From the NCBI GenBank assembly GCA_964517775.1, contig CAZFCP010000012.1:7431-71430 (forward strand): a DNA stretch of 64,000 nt, in the 5' to 3' direction. A program made the translations under genes and the position numbers. This stretch comes from an uncultured Candidatus Marinamargulisbacteria bacterium (GTDB taxonomy: Bacteria > Margulisbacteria > Marinamargulisbacteria > SXXA01 > JAHFDB01). Below the pieces are notes generated by a model. The model was given only the letters and a program-made list of their open reading frames with translations, was not told the DNA's origin and ran no database searches. Of this stretch, positions 1 through 9,082 are shown in pieces. Each line of letters begins with the position of its first letter. The stretch's first letter is position 1.

Positions 1-283
1 AAATGCCGATGACTGGTTTTTGAAAAATCTGTGCCAGTGTTTTAGTGAGGGTAATGCCAAGTTTTATCCCGGTGTAAGAACCTGGTCCAACTGTTGTGCA
101 GATGGCTTGAATATCGTTAGGGCGATGATTAACCGTTGCTAGTAAATCTGTAAGTTGTTCGGCCGTATATTCGGCCATGTCCTGTTTTGGATAATACTGA
201 TGGATATCGGATGAACTCAGTTTTATCGTTATGGATTGAGGATGCGTAGCAAGATGAACGGCTAATATCGGTAAAGTCTGCAT
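1..283 (-). CDS. tsaB: tRNA threonylcarbamoyladenosine biosynthesis protein TsaB (YeaZ-like), N-terminal part; the gene continues beyond the window start
   Basis: The minus-strand translation from the ATG at 283..281 reads MQTLPILAVHLATHPQSITIKL...ICTTVGPGSYTGIKLGITLTKTLAQ, which is the TsaB/YeaZ hallmark GPGS(F/Y)TG(L/I)RIG. It is absent from the ORF track because it runs off the window edge. Confidence 0.6.
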   Translation of the reverse strand, partial: MQTLPILAVHLATHPQSITIKLSSSDIHQYYPKQDMAEYTAEQLTDLLATVNHRPNDIQAICTTVGPGSYTGIKLGITLTKTLAQIFQKPVIGI

Positions 284-302
284 GTGATTAGAGTGTAGCT
301 TA

Positions 303-1670
303 CTAATGAGAGTCTTTCCATGCCCCGAACAGGTTTTCGCTGGTTAGCGGATCCATGGCCGGATAGGCCGAGATCTGTGGTTTTTGTGGTTGAAAATGCT
401 CAGGTTGTCTGGTTTCAAGATTGAAAATGTGTCGCCCTAACTGAAAACCTCCCTCAGGTACTAATGGAGATGGCCCAAAAAAATGAACAGGAATTTGAAG
501 TACATCGGATAATAATTGCACATAATTGGATTCAAAAGGCCCAACAAGATGAAGGGATTTGGGTGCAATGGATGTTTCTGACTGGAATGTGGTGAGGTAT
601 TCTTTGGTAATACAGGCCATGCCTTCGTAAAACGCTCTGGAAATCTCTGAGGGTTGGTGATGCACGTCCAATCCAAACATCCCAAATTTATTGTGTTTGT
701 GATGTACAAAAATCCCGTTGCTGTCAGTGGCCCACTTATCCTGTTTGATAGAAAAAAATTTAGATAAAGCCCAGGGGAATTTTAAATAGAGTTCTAATTG
801 CTTCCTGAATTTTGTAGATACGGAATGTGGAGGAAAAACGGGTGCTGAACGATGTGTTCCCATAACTGTTTGATTGGCAATATGACATAAAAAAAGATCG
901 TGAGGATATTGCGGCCTGTGAATCAGTGCGATATCTCCGTAATGCCATAATCCCAATCCAAGTCCAATAACATGCTGTTGTGCGCTTGTAGCCAGTAAAC
1001 GTGTTCCGTTTGGAATAGGATCAAATCCAGAGATAATGCCAATGGATTTTGCAGCCTGTTCAATCGGAAGCAACGACTCGTGAGGGAGGTTGTAATCTGT
1101 TAAAAGGCCGATATCCCAATTTAAAAAAGAAGGCGTTGTTAATCCCGTTTCTGCTGCATAGCCTATTTGTGTAAAACAGGCGACTTTTTCAGTAAGCTCA
1201 AATTGAAGCCAGTCGCTGAGCTGTCCGCAAACAAGGTTTGAACCCGATGTCTGCTTGATCAAAAATTCCCATTTAGCTCCGGCTGAATCGTTAGGCTCTT
1301 CTTTATAGGTACGCTTAAAGGCCGTAAGGCTTTGGTTTTGATTATAATGAATAAGAATGGGTGTGAGTGGAGTTCCTGTGACTTTATCCCAGATCAGGCA
1401 CCAGTTAGCTGGAATAATCAGCGTAAGACCTGACAACGCTTCTTTTGAGGAGGGATGTTTTTGAAACAGCTCCTGAAGCGTAGATCGAAGCAGGTAGCGA
1501 ACTGTTGTAGGATTAATCCCAATACATTTCGGAAAAGGTGTTGTGAGGGTAATATCGCGTTGAAACTGTTCTAAAAGCTGACCTCGGCGGTCGAATAAGG
1601 AGGCTCTTAAAAAAAAACGTGTTATATCCACAACAATACTAAAAGACGTCGTCATTATTTTTTTGTCCAT
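303..1670 (-). CDS. FGGY-family carbohydrate kinase-like protein (ASKHA fold), apparently degenerate
   Basis: 455 aa. The C-terminal block HLVGPFESNYVQLLSDVLQIPV aligns with the glycerol/xylulokinase GGGAxNxLLMQxQADxLGxPV motif. The N-terminal VVDITRFF replaces the canonical DxGTT phosphate-1 motif. Confidence 0.45.
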   Translation of the reverse strand: MDKKIMTTSFSIVVDITRFFLRASLFDRRGQLLEQFQRDITLTTPFPKCIGINPTTVRYLLRSTLQELFQKHPSSKEALSGLTLIIPANWCLIWDKVTGTPLTPILIHYNQNQSLTAFKRTYKEEPNDSAGAKWEFLIKQTSGSNLVCGQLSDWLQFELTEKVACFTQIGYAAETGLTTPSFLNWDIGLLTDYNLPHESLLPIEQAAKSIGIISGFDPIPNGTRLLATSAQQHVIGLGLGLWHYGDIALIHRPQYPHDLFLCHIANQTVMGTHRSAPVFPPHSVSTKFRKQLELYLKFPWALSKFFSIKQDKWATDSNGIFVHHKHNKFGMFGLDVHHQPSEISRAFYEGMACITKEYLTTFQSETSIAPKSLHLVGPFESNYVQLLSDVLQIPVHFFGPSPLVPEGGFQLGRHIFNLETRQPEHFQPQKPQISAYPAMDPLTSENLFGAWKDSH

Positions 1671-1698
1671 AAAGTAATCCTTATTGTATCAGAACTTT

Positions 1699-1728
1699 TT
1701 GACAGTCTCTTTTCAAGTATTCTAATAT
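1699..1728 (+). promoter_or_regulatory. Candidate sigma70-type promoter for yebC (TTGACA, 18-nt spacer, TAATAT)
   Basis: TTGACA at 1699-1704 and TAATAT at 1723-1728, about 50 nt upstream of the yebC ATG. Confidence 0.3.
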
Positions 1729-1777
1729 AAGAGGTGGTTTAAGCTTGGAAAACCCGTAAGCAGAAAGTAGTGCCAAT

Positions 1778-2497
1778 ATGTCAGGTCATAGTAAGTGGTC
1801 GACGATTAAACATAAAAAAGCCAAAACTGACGCGCAACGCGGTAAGATTTTTACAAAAATTGTGCGTGAAATTACAACGGCAGCTAGAATTGGCGGTGCG
1901 GATTTGGATTCCAATCCACGGTTGCGTTTGGCTGTTCAAAAAGCAAAAGAAGTGAATATGCCCAATGATAATATCAAGCGCGCTATTCAAAAAGGTGCTG
2001 GCGCCGGCGATGGCGAGCAGTTCGAAGAAATTACATTTGAAGGCTATGCCACAGATGGGGTTGCCTTATTAATAGATGTTTTAACCGATAATAGAAACAG
2101 AACTGTTCCAAATATCAGAAGTGCGCTGACAAAATTTGGCGGAAATCTTGCTGCAAAAGGTGCGGTATCTTATTTGTTTGATAAAAAAGGCCTTATCTTA
2201 ATAGAGCCTGGAGCTGTAGAAGATACAGTTATGACAGTGGCCATGGATGCCGATGCTGAAGATGTAAAAAACCATGATGATGGGTCTTTCGAAGTCATTA
2301 CGGCGCCTGACCATTTTGAGGTTGTAAGACAGGCGTTTGAAACCGCCAAAATAGAGTATGTATCAGCATCTATTACCATGATTCCTAAAACCGTGGTGTC
2401 CGTACCTGAAGATCGTGTCGAAAAATTGATTGCACTTATTGAAAAGCTGGAAGATGACGACGATGTTCAGGCTGTATATTCTAATGCAGATATATAG
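1778..2497 (+). CDS. yebC: YebC/PmpR-family probable transcriptional regulator
   Basis: 239 aa. The N-terminus MSGHSKWSTIKHKKAKTDAQRGKIFTK... is typical of the family, and the size fits. Confidence 0.85.
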   Translation: MSGHSKWSTIKHKKAKTDAQRGKIFTKIVREITTAARIGGADLDSNPRLRLAVQKAKEVNMPNDNIKRAIQKGAGAGDGEQFEEITFEGYATDGVALLIDVLTDNRNRTVPNIRSALTKFGGNLAAKGAVSYLFDKKGLILIEPGAVEDTVMTVAMDADAEDVKNHDDGSFEVITAPDHFEVVRQAFETAKIEYVSASITMIPKTVVSVPEDRVEKLIALIEKLEDDDDVQAVYSNADI

Positions 2498-2555
2498 TTT
2501 TTTGTTGGGTCTAACGTCATTTTTTAAAAAAGAAAATCGATTTCCAGCACGCTCC

Positions 2556-5500
2556 ATGTTTGTAAAGAGAGCCCTTGCTTTTGTTGCCTTTTTTGTGATG
2601 ATGTGGGCAACTTCCGCTCATGCGGTGTTGACCATGAATCCTAATACGGCGCCAGGCTCAACAGGTAGTTCAAATGCACCTCGTGGACAAAAGGTGTCCA
2701 TGCTTAATTTAAAGTTAAAAGCTTCAGGGGGAGATACCACCTTTGAAAAAATAGCGATTCAAAATACCAGTACCACTGTTTTTTTTGGAAACGGAATTTC
2801 CGAGGTGGCTATTTTTAAACAGGCCGGTTCAGAATCCTTTGATGGGACCCAGACCAAATTGGGAAGTCAGACGTTTACATCTGCTACTAACGGAACTCCT
2901 GTAATTACACTGTCGGATGTGGTTGCCAGTGGAAATACAAGTGGTTATTTCATTGTCTATACTGTGGATGACTCTGCCAATCTTGTATCTACAGGCGATG
3001 TGGCTACTACAACCACCGTTACTGTCGTGTCTATTAATGATGGGGCTGTCAGCCTTGTGGCTCCTGTTACACATACATCTACGTTGTCTGGTTATAAGGT
3101 GATAAAAGCTCGTTCGGTTCTGCCTTCGGTTGTTGTTCCTGGTCAAACCGCTGTGCCTGTTATGGCCATTTCATTAAAAGCGATAGGTGAAGCTGTCAAT
3201 AAAGATATTGAACTGAAATTTTTGAATACGTTTTCTAACTATGTGACTGTAACCGGTAATAAAAACGGTATTACAAAAGCCTACCTGGTGAAAGACTTTA
3301 CAGGGACAGCCTGGAAAACAACAGCCATAGATAGAGCGGCTATTGATGCTGAAATATCTGACAATACGAATTTCATCACCAGTACAGGAGTAAACAGCAG
3401 CCGGTTTACCAGTGCATCCGGTATTACGTTCAGCTTCCCTGGGATCAGCTCGTCTTCGGGGTTGGAATTTCCGTTGGCTACCTCCGCCAACTTTTTACTT
3501 GTTTACGATATTGGTGAAACCTTTACCATTACAGCGGATACCAAGGTTGAGGCAAAATTAGTCTCTGTTTCTGGTAAGGGTGGAGTGTCCAATCTGGTTA
3601 TCCAGGATACTAAAACATATCCTCCTCTTCCGCCTCAGGCTCCTGTAGCAGGTTTGTCTTATTCGGATCTGACTAAAATTGCTGTAAATGGTAATTTTGG
3701 ATCTGGTGCAACGCTGCCTATCCTTCAGTTTTTCTTAAAAGCATTTCAGGCCACAATGGATGTGACTCAGTTGTCTATCGGTAACCCTCAGGCATCTGAT
3801 CAATTTTCAACCGTTCCGTTTATTACCTCCAGCCAGGAAGTGGACGGGGTTACACGCATCGAACTGTACAGTGATAACGGAAATGGTAAATTTGATGGCG
3901 TAAATTCTTCAGATACCCTTATTGGTAAATTGTTTTTGGGTTCTAATTCCAATTCAAACCAGTCCGACAGAGCTGATATTACGGTCAGCGCAAACAGTCT
4001 GGCTGTTTTTAGGGTACGCCCTTTTGATAAAAATGCGGTTGGATATCCTCAGGATAACAGTAAAAAAATCTTTGTTCTGTACTATTTAGGATCCAATATT
4101 ATTCCAAGCAGAAAAACAGTTACGTCTCAATTGGCAAACGCAAAAGGTGCTGCCCAGATTGATGAAGTTACAACCAAAAATGTGTTGTTAAGTGGAACAA
4201 AACCTGGGATTGCTTCTCCGGCAGCTACGGTTACTATTGCTAATACCAATGTGTTTATATCCAGCGCTACATCTGTGGCCCCTTCTCCAAACCTGGTGAT
4301 TCGTGGTCAACAAAAAGTTCCAATGCTATCTCTTATATTGCAGGCTACAAATGTGTTCCCATCTGCCTCCATGACGATTACCAATGAATCTAATACTTTT
4401 TTTACAAATGGCCGTGGTGTTTCAAAGGTATGGCTGTACAAAGACAACGCCCCTATTGGAAGTTATGGTCCTGAAGATACCTATGTGTCTTCAAATGATA
4501 CGTTGATTAATACGTCCCAGGCAACATTGGGTAAAGCCGTTATTGACAGTGGATTAAACTATTTTTTGGTACTGTATGACATTGGCCAGAATGCAACGAT
4601 TGATACGGACGTATCCAAACCAAGTATCCGTGCCCAGTTGTCCAGCATGTCCAGCACAGGAACAACATCTCTATTGATGGGTGGTGAGGTGCCAAATCCA
4701 AAAACTCCTGCCATGGTGGCTATCGTAACCAAAAATGCCGTTATGACTATTTCAAGTGATGCTTTTTCTGAAACTGCAACCTTTACAATTCGTATTACGA
4801 TACGGAATCTTTCAGGTTCGGATATGACGATTCAGGATTTACGTCCACGGTTTTATTCCGGGTCTATTTCAGGGCCTGATGCTTCAAGCATGTTTAATTA
4901 TATGCTGAGCCCGGTTATTGCGTTAACCGTTCCTGCTAATCAAAGCACCGTATTTTCGTTTGCTACACGATTGGCCAGACCAACTAAAACGGGTACGGTT
5001 ATTGGAGATGGATATTTAAAATATCTGGTAGGTACCAATGAAGCTGTTGTGTCTCGCTATCAGGGGGATTCTACTGGTGGGATTGCAAACTGGTTTTCCG
5101 GGTCTGTTACGCCTATATCCTTTAGTATCCAGACCGCTACAAAAAATTATTCCTGGACGTTACCTCAATATATTTCCAAGATGGTTAGTACTATTGGGGG
5201 TACCTCAATCCCGTTCCAAAATCAGAATGCCATTCAGCCAGATTCTTCTTTGGAAATATTTTTAAGAAACAGCTCCAGTTTGGATGCGTCCAGTTTTGAA
5301 ATTAAATTAAACGGCGTGTCTCTTCCTCAAGTTGAAAATCCAGGAAATTCATCATCGTACAGATTTAGTTCTACAGATGGTGCAATTATTGTATCTTCTT
5401 TGGGTAGTAAAGACGGGACCCTTACATTATCTGTAAAAGATCTTGATGGTATTGCCCTGGATACGGCTACGATCTCGTTTCTTGTGACATCAGACTCTCT

Positions 5501-5828
5501 TCGTGTTACTAATCCTTTGTTTTATCCCAATCCTTATCGTATTGGTAAAAATCTGATGTTGGGTTTTAATTTGACGAAAAAAGCATCGGTTAGTTTCTAT
5601 GTGTTTAACCATATTGGACAGGAAGTGTGGCGTGGGTCAAAAGATTTTTCAACCCCCGGATACAAGTTATTGTCCAGTACTTCCGATAGTACCTTTAACA
5701 TCGATGATTCCTCTGTTCTAAGTGGTCTTTCCGGTGTTATTTCATCAGGTATGTACATTTGCAAAATCATAGCTGTCGATGACACTGGGCAGCGTGTAGT
5801 AACCTCCACAAAGTTAGCCGTATATTAA
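2556..5828 (+). CDS. Large secreted repeat protein (about 1090 aa) with signal peptide and a C-terminal T9SS-type/FlgD-Ig-like sorting domain
   Basis: The ORF-track frame 2430..5828 was kept, but the start was moved to the ATG at 2556 (MFVKRALAFVAFFVMMWATSAHA, a signal peptide with an AHA cleavage site). The body is Ser/Thr/Asn/Gly-rich with repeated roughly 150-aa modules. The last ~100 aa (FYPNPYRIG...SFYVFNHIGQEVW...SSGMYICKIIAVDDTGQRVVTSTKLAVY) match the Por-secretion-tail/FlgD-Ig pattern. Confidence 0.6.
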   Translation: MFVKRALAFVAFFVMMWATSAHAVLTMNPNTAPGSTGSSNAPRGQKVSMLNLKLKASGGDTTFEKIAIQNTSTTVFFGNGISEVAIFKQAGSESFDGTQTKLGSQTFTSATNGTPVITLSDVVASGNTSGYFIVYTVDDSANLVSTGDVATTTTVTVVSINDGAVSLVAPVTHTSTLSGYKVIKARSVLPSVVVPGQTAVPVMAISLKAIGEAVNKDIELKFLNTFSNYVTVTGNKNGITKAYLVKDFTGTAWKTTAIDRAAIDAEISDNTNFITSTGVNSSRFTSASGITFSFPGISSSSGLEFPLATSANFLLVYDIGETFTITADTKVEAKLVSVSGKGGVSNLVIQDTKTYPPLPPQAPVAGLSYSDLTKIAVNGNFGSGATLPILQFFLKAFQATMDVTQLSIGNPQASDQFSTVPFITSSQEVDGVTRIELYSDNGNGKFDGVNSSDTLIGKLFLGSNSNSNQSDRADITVSANSLAVFRVRPFDKNAVGYPQDNSKKIFVLYYLGSNIIPSRKTVTSQLANAKGAAQIDEVTTKNVLLSGTKPGIASPAATVTIANTNVFISSATSVAPSPNLVIRGQQKVPMLSLILQATNVFPSASMTITNESNTFFTNGRGVSKVWLYKDNAPIGSYGPEDTYVSSNDTLINTSQATLGKAVIDSGLNYFLVLYDIGQNATIDTDVSKPSIRAQLSSMSSTGTTSLLMGGEVPNPKTPAMVAIVTKNAVMTISSDAFSETATFTIRITIRNLSGSDMTIQDLRPRFYSGSISGPDASSMFNYMLSPVIALTVPANQSTVFSFATRLARPTKTGTVIGDGYLKYLVGTNEAVVSRYQGDSTGGIANWFSGSVTPISFSIQTATKNYSWTLPQYISKMVSTIGGTSIPFQNQNAIQPDSSLEIFLRNSSSLDASSFEIKLNGVSLPQVENPGNSSSYRFSSTDGAIIVSSLGSKDGTLTLSVKDLDGIALDTATISFLVTSDSLRVTNPLFYPNPYRIGKNLMLGFNLTKKASVSFYVFNHIGQEVWRGSKDFSTPGYKLLSSTSDSTFNIDDSSVLSGLSGVISSGMYICKIIAVDDTGQRVVTSTKLAVY

Positions 5829-8125
5829 TGAAACGTATTTGTACTTTTTTATTGTTATCTGTCCTTGCCCTAAGCATTCAGACCTTTGGTCAGTCTGCTC
5901 CGAGGGCGATTGCCAGTCCTCAGCTTCAAATGCTGGGTGCAAGATCCCAATCTCTGGGAGGACTTAATCCCACTTTGTATGGCGAAATTAACTCTGTTCT
6001 GGCTAACCCAGCCTCTATGGGTAGTACGGATGTTATGCCGCTTGCGGTGACCAGTCAGCGGGTATTAGGAGATTATGATTACCTGTTAATCAATTCTGCT
6101 TATGAATTTGAAGTTCCTTATTCATTGCAAGGTCGTTTAAAGCAAAATGTTGCTGTTGGGCTTTCTTATGGATCTGTGATGGCTTCAGGTATTCCGATTA
6201 CTCGTTTGGACAGAGACTCTAATACCGGAACCACTATCCGGCAGGATGGATCCCAATCGGCTGGTTTTGACCTACTTTATTTATCTGGGGCGTCAGATTT
6301 TTATGATCTTTGGGGGTTTAATATTTTGTCTCTTGGTGCTGGATTAAAACTATTAAGGCAGTTTATCGGTGGAGATTCCCGAAGTGCAATGGGACTGGAT
6401 GTGGGCGGTATAGGTACCTACCACTTTTCCGAAGGTCCAGTGGAGCGTTTGCATATTGGAGGCGCTATCCATAACTTTTTATCTACAAATCTCGTTTGGA
6501 ATACTGTACAACCTGTAACCGGTGAAGCTGTCACGGATGAAGCTTTTTTGCCTTTGCAGCTTTTTGTAGGTGTTCGGGCCGATATGATGGATGATCAGTT
6601 ATCGTTGTTTATGCACAATGCCATTGATGGTATTAACTTTGGTGCGGAATACTGGCTACAACCGGCTTTAGCGTTAAGAGGTTCTACAAACTTTAAACAA
6701 ATGAACCTTGGAACAGGTCTTTTATTTGAAAACGTTGCAACCGGTTTTGATGAACGTGGTTATGGAATGCGTCTTGATATGAACTATACCCAAAATGTAT
6801 TTCCTTTTGATGGTAGCCCAAATGTTAACTTTTCTGTATCCATCCTGGGAGAATCCCGTCCTAAAACCCCTCAAATATTTTCACCACTTAAAGAGCTTGT
6901 TACCCGTGAAAAAGAGGTGCGTCTTACCGGTGTGGGGCCTAAAAATACAACCATTAGAATTTACAATAATAAATCGATTTCAAGAACCGTTCAGACAGAC
7001 AGATACGGAAACTGGCAGTTTGCAAAATTCCCAATCCGTGAAGGCAAAAACTTTATTTATGTGTCTGCTTATTCGATTGAACAGCAGTCTGCGGCGTTTT
7101 CAGATCCTGTTGTGGTTACATCAGATACAGAACCGCCTTCTATCAATGTTAAAATTTATCCAGAGGGTAAAGACGTGGTTGTATCGGTTGAATCATCCGA
7201 AGATCTTTCAGAGTTATCTGGAGTTTACGAGCAAAAAGATATGTCCTTTAGAAAAAACGGATCGCTTTGGGTTAGCCGGTTGCCTTTGCCTGCTGAAATG
7301 GTGAGTAATCGTGTCGTCCCAAATCAGTTTAGAACCGTCAATCTGGATGCCATCGATAAAGCTGGTAATAAGGCTAAAACAAAAGTGTCAGAGTTTTTTA
7401 TTGCGCTGGATTCTCCTAATGACAAAACGGTGCATTATCGGGATGAAGTCCGGTTTATCGGTAAACTGGCAAAGGGTGTAAGAGGTGTTTTATTTAATGA
7501 TGTTACTGGTTATGTGGATGCTCAAAATCGTTTCGCAGTTTCGGTGCGGTTAAAGCCTGGTAAAAACCTTGTAAAAGTACGAGTAAAGCCTGTTGCCGGA
7601 GACGATCTGGTGTATCAAAACAGAGTCTTACGTTTAATCACGTTCTCTGATTTAACAAAACAGACTAAAGAACGTCGTGAGATAGAATTTTTGGCTACCC
7701 TTGGAGTGTTAGACGGTGATTCTGATGGTAACTTCTACCCGGATCGTCCAATGACACGTCGTTATGTGGCCAGAACTCTGGTTAAGCTGAAGAAATTTGA
7801 TCTGGAAAAAACGGATCAGGCCTTTTTTACCGATGTTCCTAAAGGCGATACCGATGCGGCTTATATTCAAACCGCTATCCAAAACGGATTATTGTTTGCG
7901 TACCCTGATGGAACCTTCCGTCCTGATCAGCCTCTTACGTTTGGTGAAGTACTTAAGTTATTTAATAACGCGGGTATTGTGGATGAGGCTGAATCTCCGA
8001 ATGATCAAAATCAGGTTACACGGGGCGCCTGGGCTCAGTTTTTAGCCTATACACCTCGTTATGAGCAACAGATTGAACGTCTGGTTGACTGGGAAAGAGG
8101 ATACTTTAACCAGCCTCAACGTTAA
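5828..8125 (+). CDS. Secreted Ig-like repeat surface protein with C-terminal S-layer homology (SLH) domains
   Basis: 765 aa. The signal peptide is MKRICTFLLLSVLALSIQTFGQSAP. C-terminal SLH motifs are FLATLGVLDGDSDGNFYPDRPMTRRYVARTLVKL and AYIQTAIQNGLLFAYPDGTFRPDQPLTFGEVLKLF. Its start overlaps the stop of the upstream gene (TAATG). Confidence 0.6.
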   Translation: MKRICTFLLLSVLALSIQTFGQSAPRAIASPQLQMLGARSQSLGGLNPTLYGEINSVLANPASMGSTDVMPLAVTSQRVLGDYDYLLINSAYEFEVPYSLQGRLKQNVAVGLSYGSVMASGIPITRLDRDSNTGTTIRQDGSQSAGFDLLYLSGASDFYDLWGFNILSLGAGLKLLRQFIGGDSRSAMGLDVGGIGTYHFSEGPVERLHIGGAIHNFLSTNLVWNTVQPVTGEAVTDEAFLPLQLFVGVRADMMDDQLSLFMHNAIDGINFGAEYWLQPALALRGSTNFKQMNLGTGLLFENVATGFDERGYGMRLDMNYTQNVFPFDGSPNVNFSVSILGESRPKTPQIFSPLKELVTREKEVRLTGVGPKNTTIRIYNNKSISRTVQTDRYGNWQFAKFPIREGKNFIYVSAYSIEQQSAAFSDPVVVTSDTEPPSINVKIYPEGKDVVVSVESSEDLSELSGVYEQKDMSFRKNGSLWVSRLPLPAEMVSNRVVPNQFRTVNLDAIDKAGNKAKTKVSEFFIALDSPNDKTVHYRDEVRFIGKLAKGVRGVLFNDVTGYVDAQNRFAVSVRLKPGKNLVKVRVKPVAGDDLVYQNRVLRLITFSDLTKQTKERREIEFLATLGVLDGDSDGNFYPDRPMTRRYVARTLVKLKKFDLEKTDQAFFTDVPKGDTDAAYIQTAIQNGLLFAYPDGTFRPDQPLTFGEVLKLFNNAGIVDEAESPNDQNQVTRGAWAQFLAYTPRYEQQIERLVDWERGYFNQPQR

Positions 8126-8130
8126 GGTGA

Positions 8131-8159
8131 TGGACTTCGGCTTAAATCACGCTTATAAT
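8131..8159 (+). promoter_or_regulatory. Candidate promoter for sppA (TGGACT ... TATAAT); the -10 ends 8 nt before the ATG, so the mRNA may be leaderless
   Basis: A perfect TATAAT sits at 8154-8159 and the ATG at 8167. There is no room for a Shine-Dalgarno sequence. Confidence 0.35.
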
Positions 8160-8166
8160 ACGATTT

Positions 8167-9081
8167 ATGTCACGTGAAAAATGGATAGTTGGTGGGTTAA
8201 TCGCCCTTTTATTTGTGGCCATTGTTGTGGCTTCAGGCCTGGGTGGAAAAACAAAACCCAAAGGTGTTAAGCCGTCTGAAAGCTTTACATCCTCTAAAAA
8301 CGGTGTGGCTGTTGTATATCTCTACGAGCCTATTGAAATTGGTGGCAAAAGCCCCTTTGGTGGTGCAGGTGGCGTAGAAGAAATTATTGATTATATTAAA
8401 AACCTGGAAAAAGACAGCCGTGTGAAAGCGGTTGTATTACGTATTAACAGTCCCGGTGGTACAGTGGGGGCATCACAAGAGCTTTATCAGGCCATTATAT
8501 CCTTTAAAAAGAAAACAAAAGTACCTGTAGTGGTGTCTATCGCAGATATCGGAGCTTCCGGTGCCTATTGGACAGCTATGGCTGGCGATTACATTTTTGC
8601 CAACTCTGGCAGTATGGTGGGGAGCATAGGTGTAATTATGTCGTCTTACGATTTTACTGAAGTGCCAAAACGGTATGGCATTGGTTACAACGTATATAAA
8701 AGTGTTCCTCACAAAGACTTTTTATCCAGCTGGCGTAAACCAACTCCTGAAGAACAGGATATTGTAAATGCCATGTTGATGGATATTCAGGAACAGTTTG
8801 TAGAAACGGTGGCTCGTTCCAGAGGCCTAACCGTAGAAGATGTTGACCTTTTGGCTGATGGTCGTGTTTACACCGGACGTCAGGCATTAAAAGTGAAATT
8901 GATCGATCAGATCGGTACATTTGATGACGCCGTTCGTTATGCCGCCAAAAAAGCAAACATTCCGGGTGAGCCTGAATTAATTACTCCTGAATCCAGTCCG
9001 ATTCAATACTTCTGGAATTTTTGGAAAACCCAATCGGATATTTCTCAATTTGTAAAATATCAAACAGGATCCCTGCATTAA
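8167..9081 (+). CDS. sppA: Signal peptide peptidase SppA (36K type, S49 family)
   Basis: 304 aa. It has an N-terminal TM segment and the S49 ClpP-like fold motifs (VVLRINSPGGTVGAS, SIADIGASGAYW, LIDQIGTFDDA). Confidence 0.75.
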   Translation: MSREKWIVGGLIALLFVAIVVASGLGGKTKPKGVKPSESFTSSKNGVAVVYLYEPIEIGGKSPFGGAGGVEEIIDYIKNLEKDSRVKAVVLRINSPGGTVGASQELYQAIISFKKKTKVPVVVSIADIGASGAYWTAMAGDYIFANSGSMVGSIGVIMSSYDFTEVPKRYGIGYNVYKSVPHKDFLSSWRKPTPEEQDIVNAMLMDIQEQFVETVARSRGLTVEDVDLLADGRVYTGRQALKVKLIDQIGTFDDAVRYAAKKANIPGEPELITPESSPIQYFWNFWKTQSDISQFVKYQTGSLH

Positions 9082-9082
9082 A

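Noticed and set aside
2430-2555. Longer start of the first surface-protein ORF (2430)
   Set aside because: It would overlap the last 68 nt of yebC and place 42 non-signal residues before the obvious signal peptide MFVKRALAFVAFFVMMWATSAHA. The ATG at 2556 is preferred.
6795-7304. 169-aa + strand ORF
   Set aside because: It is an alternative frame inside the SLH-protein gene. The SLH-protein frame carries a signal peptide, Ig-like modules and SLH motifs, while this frame has no features.
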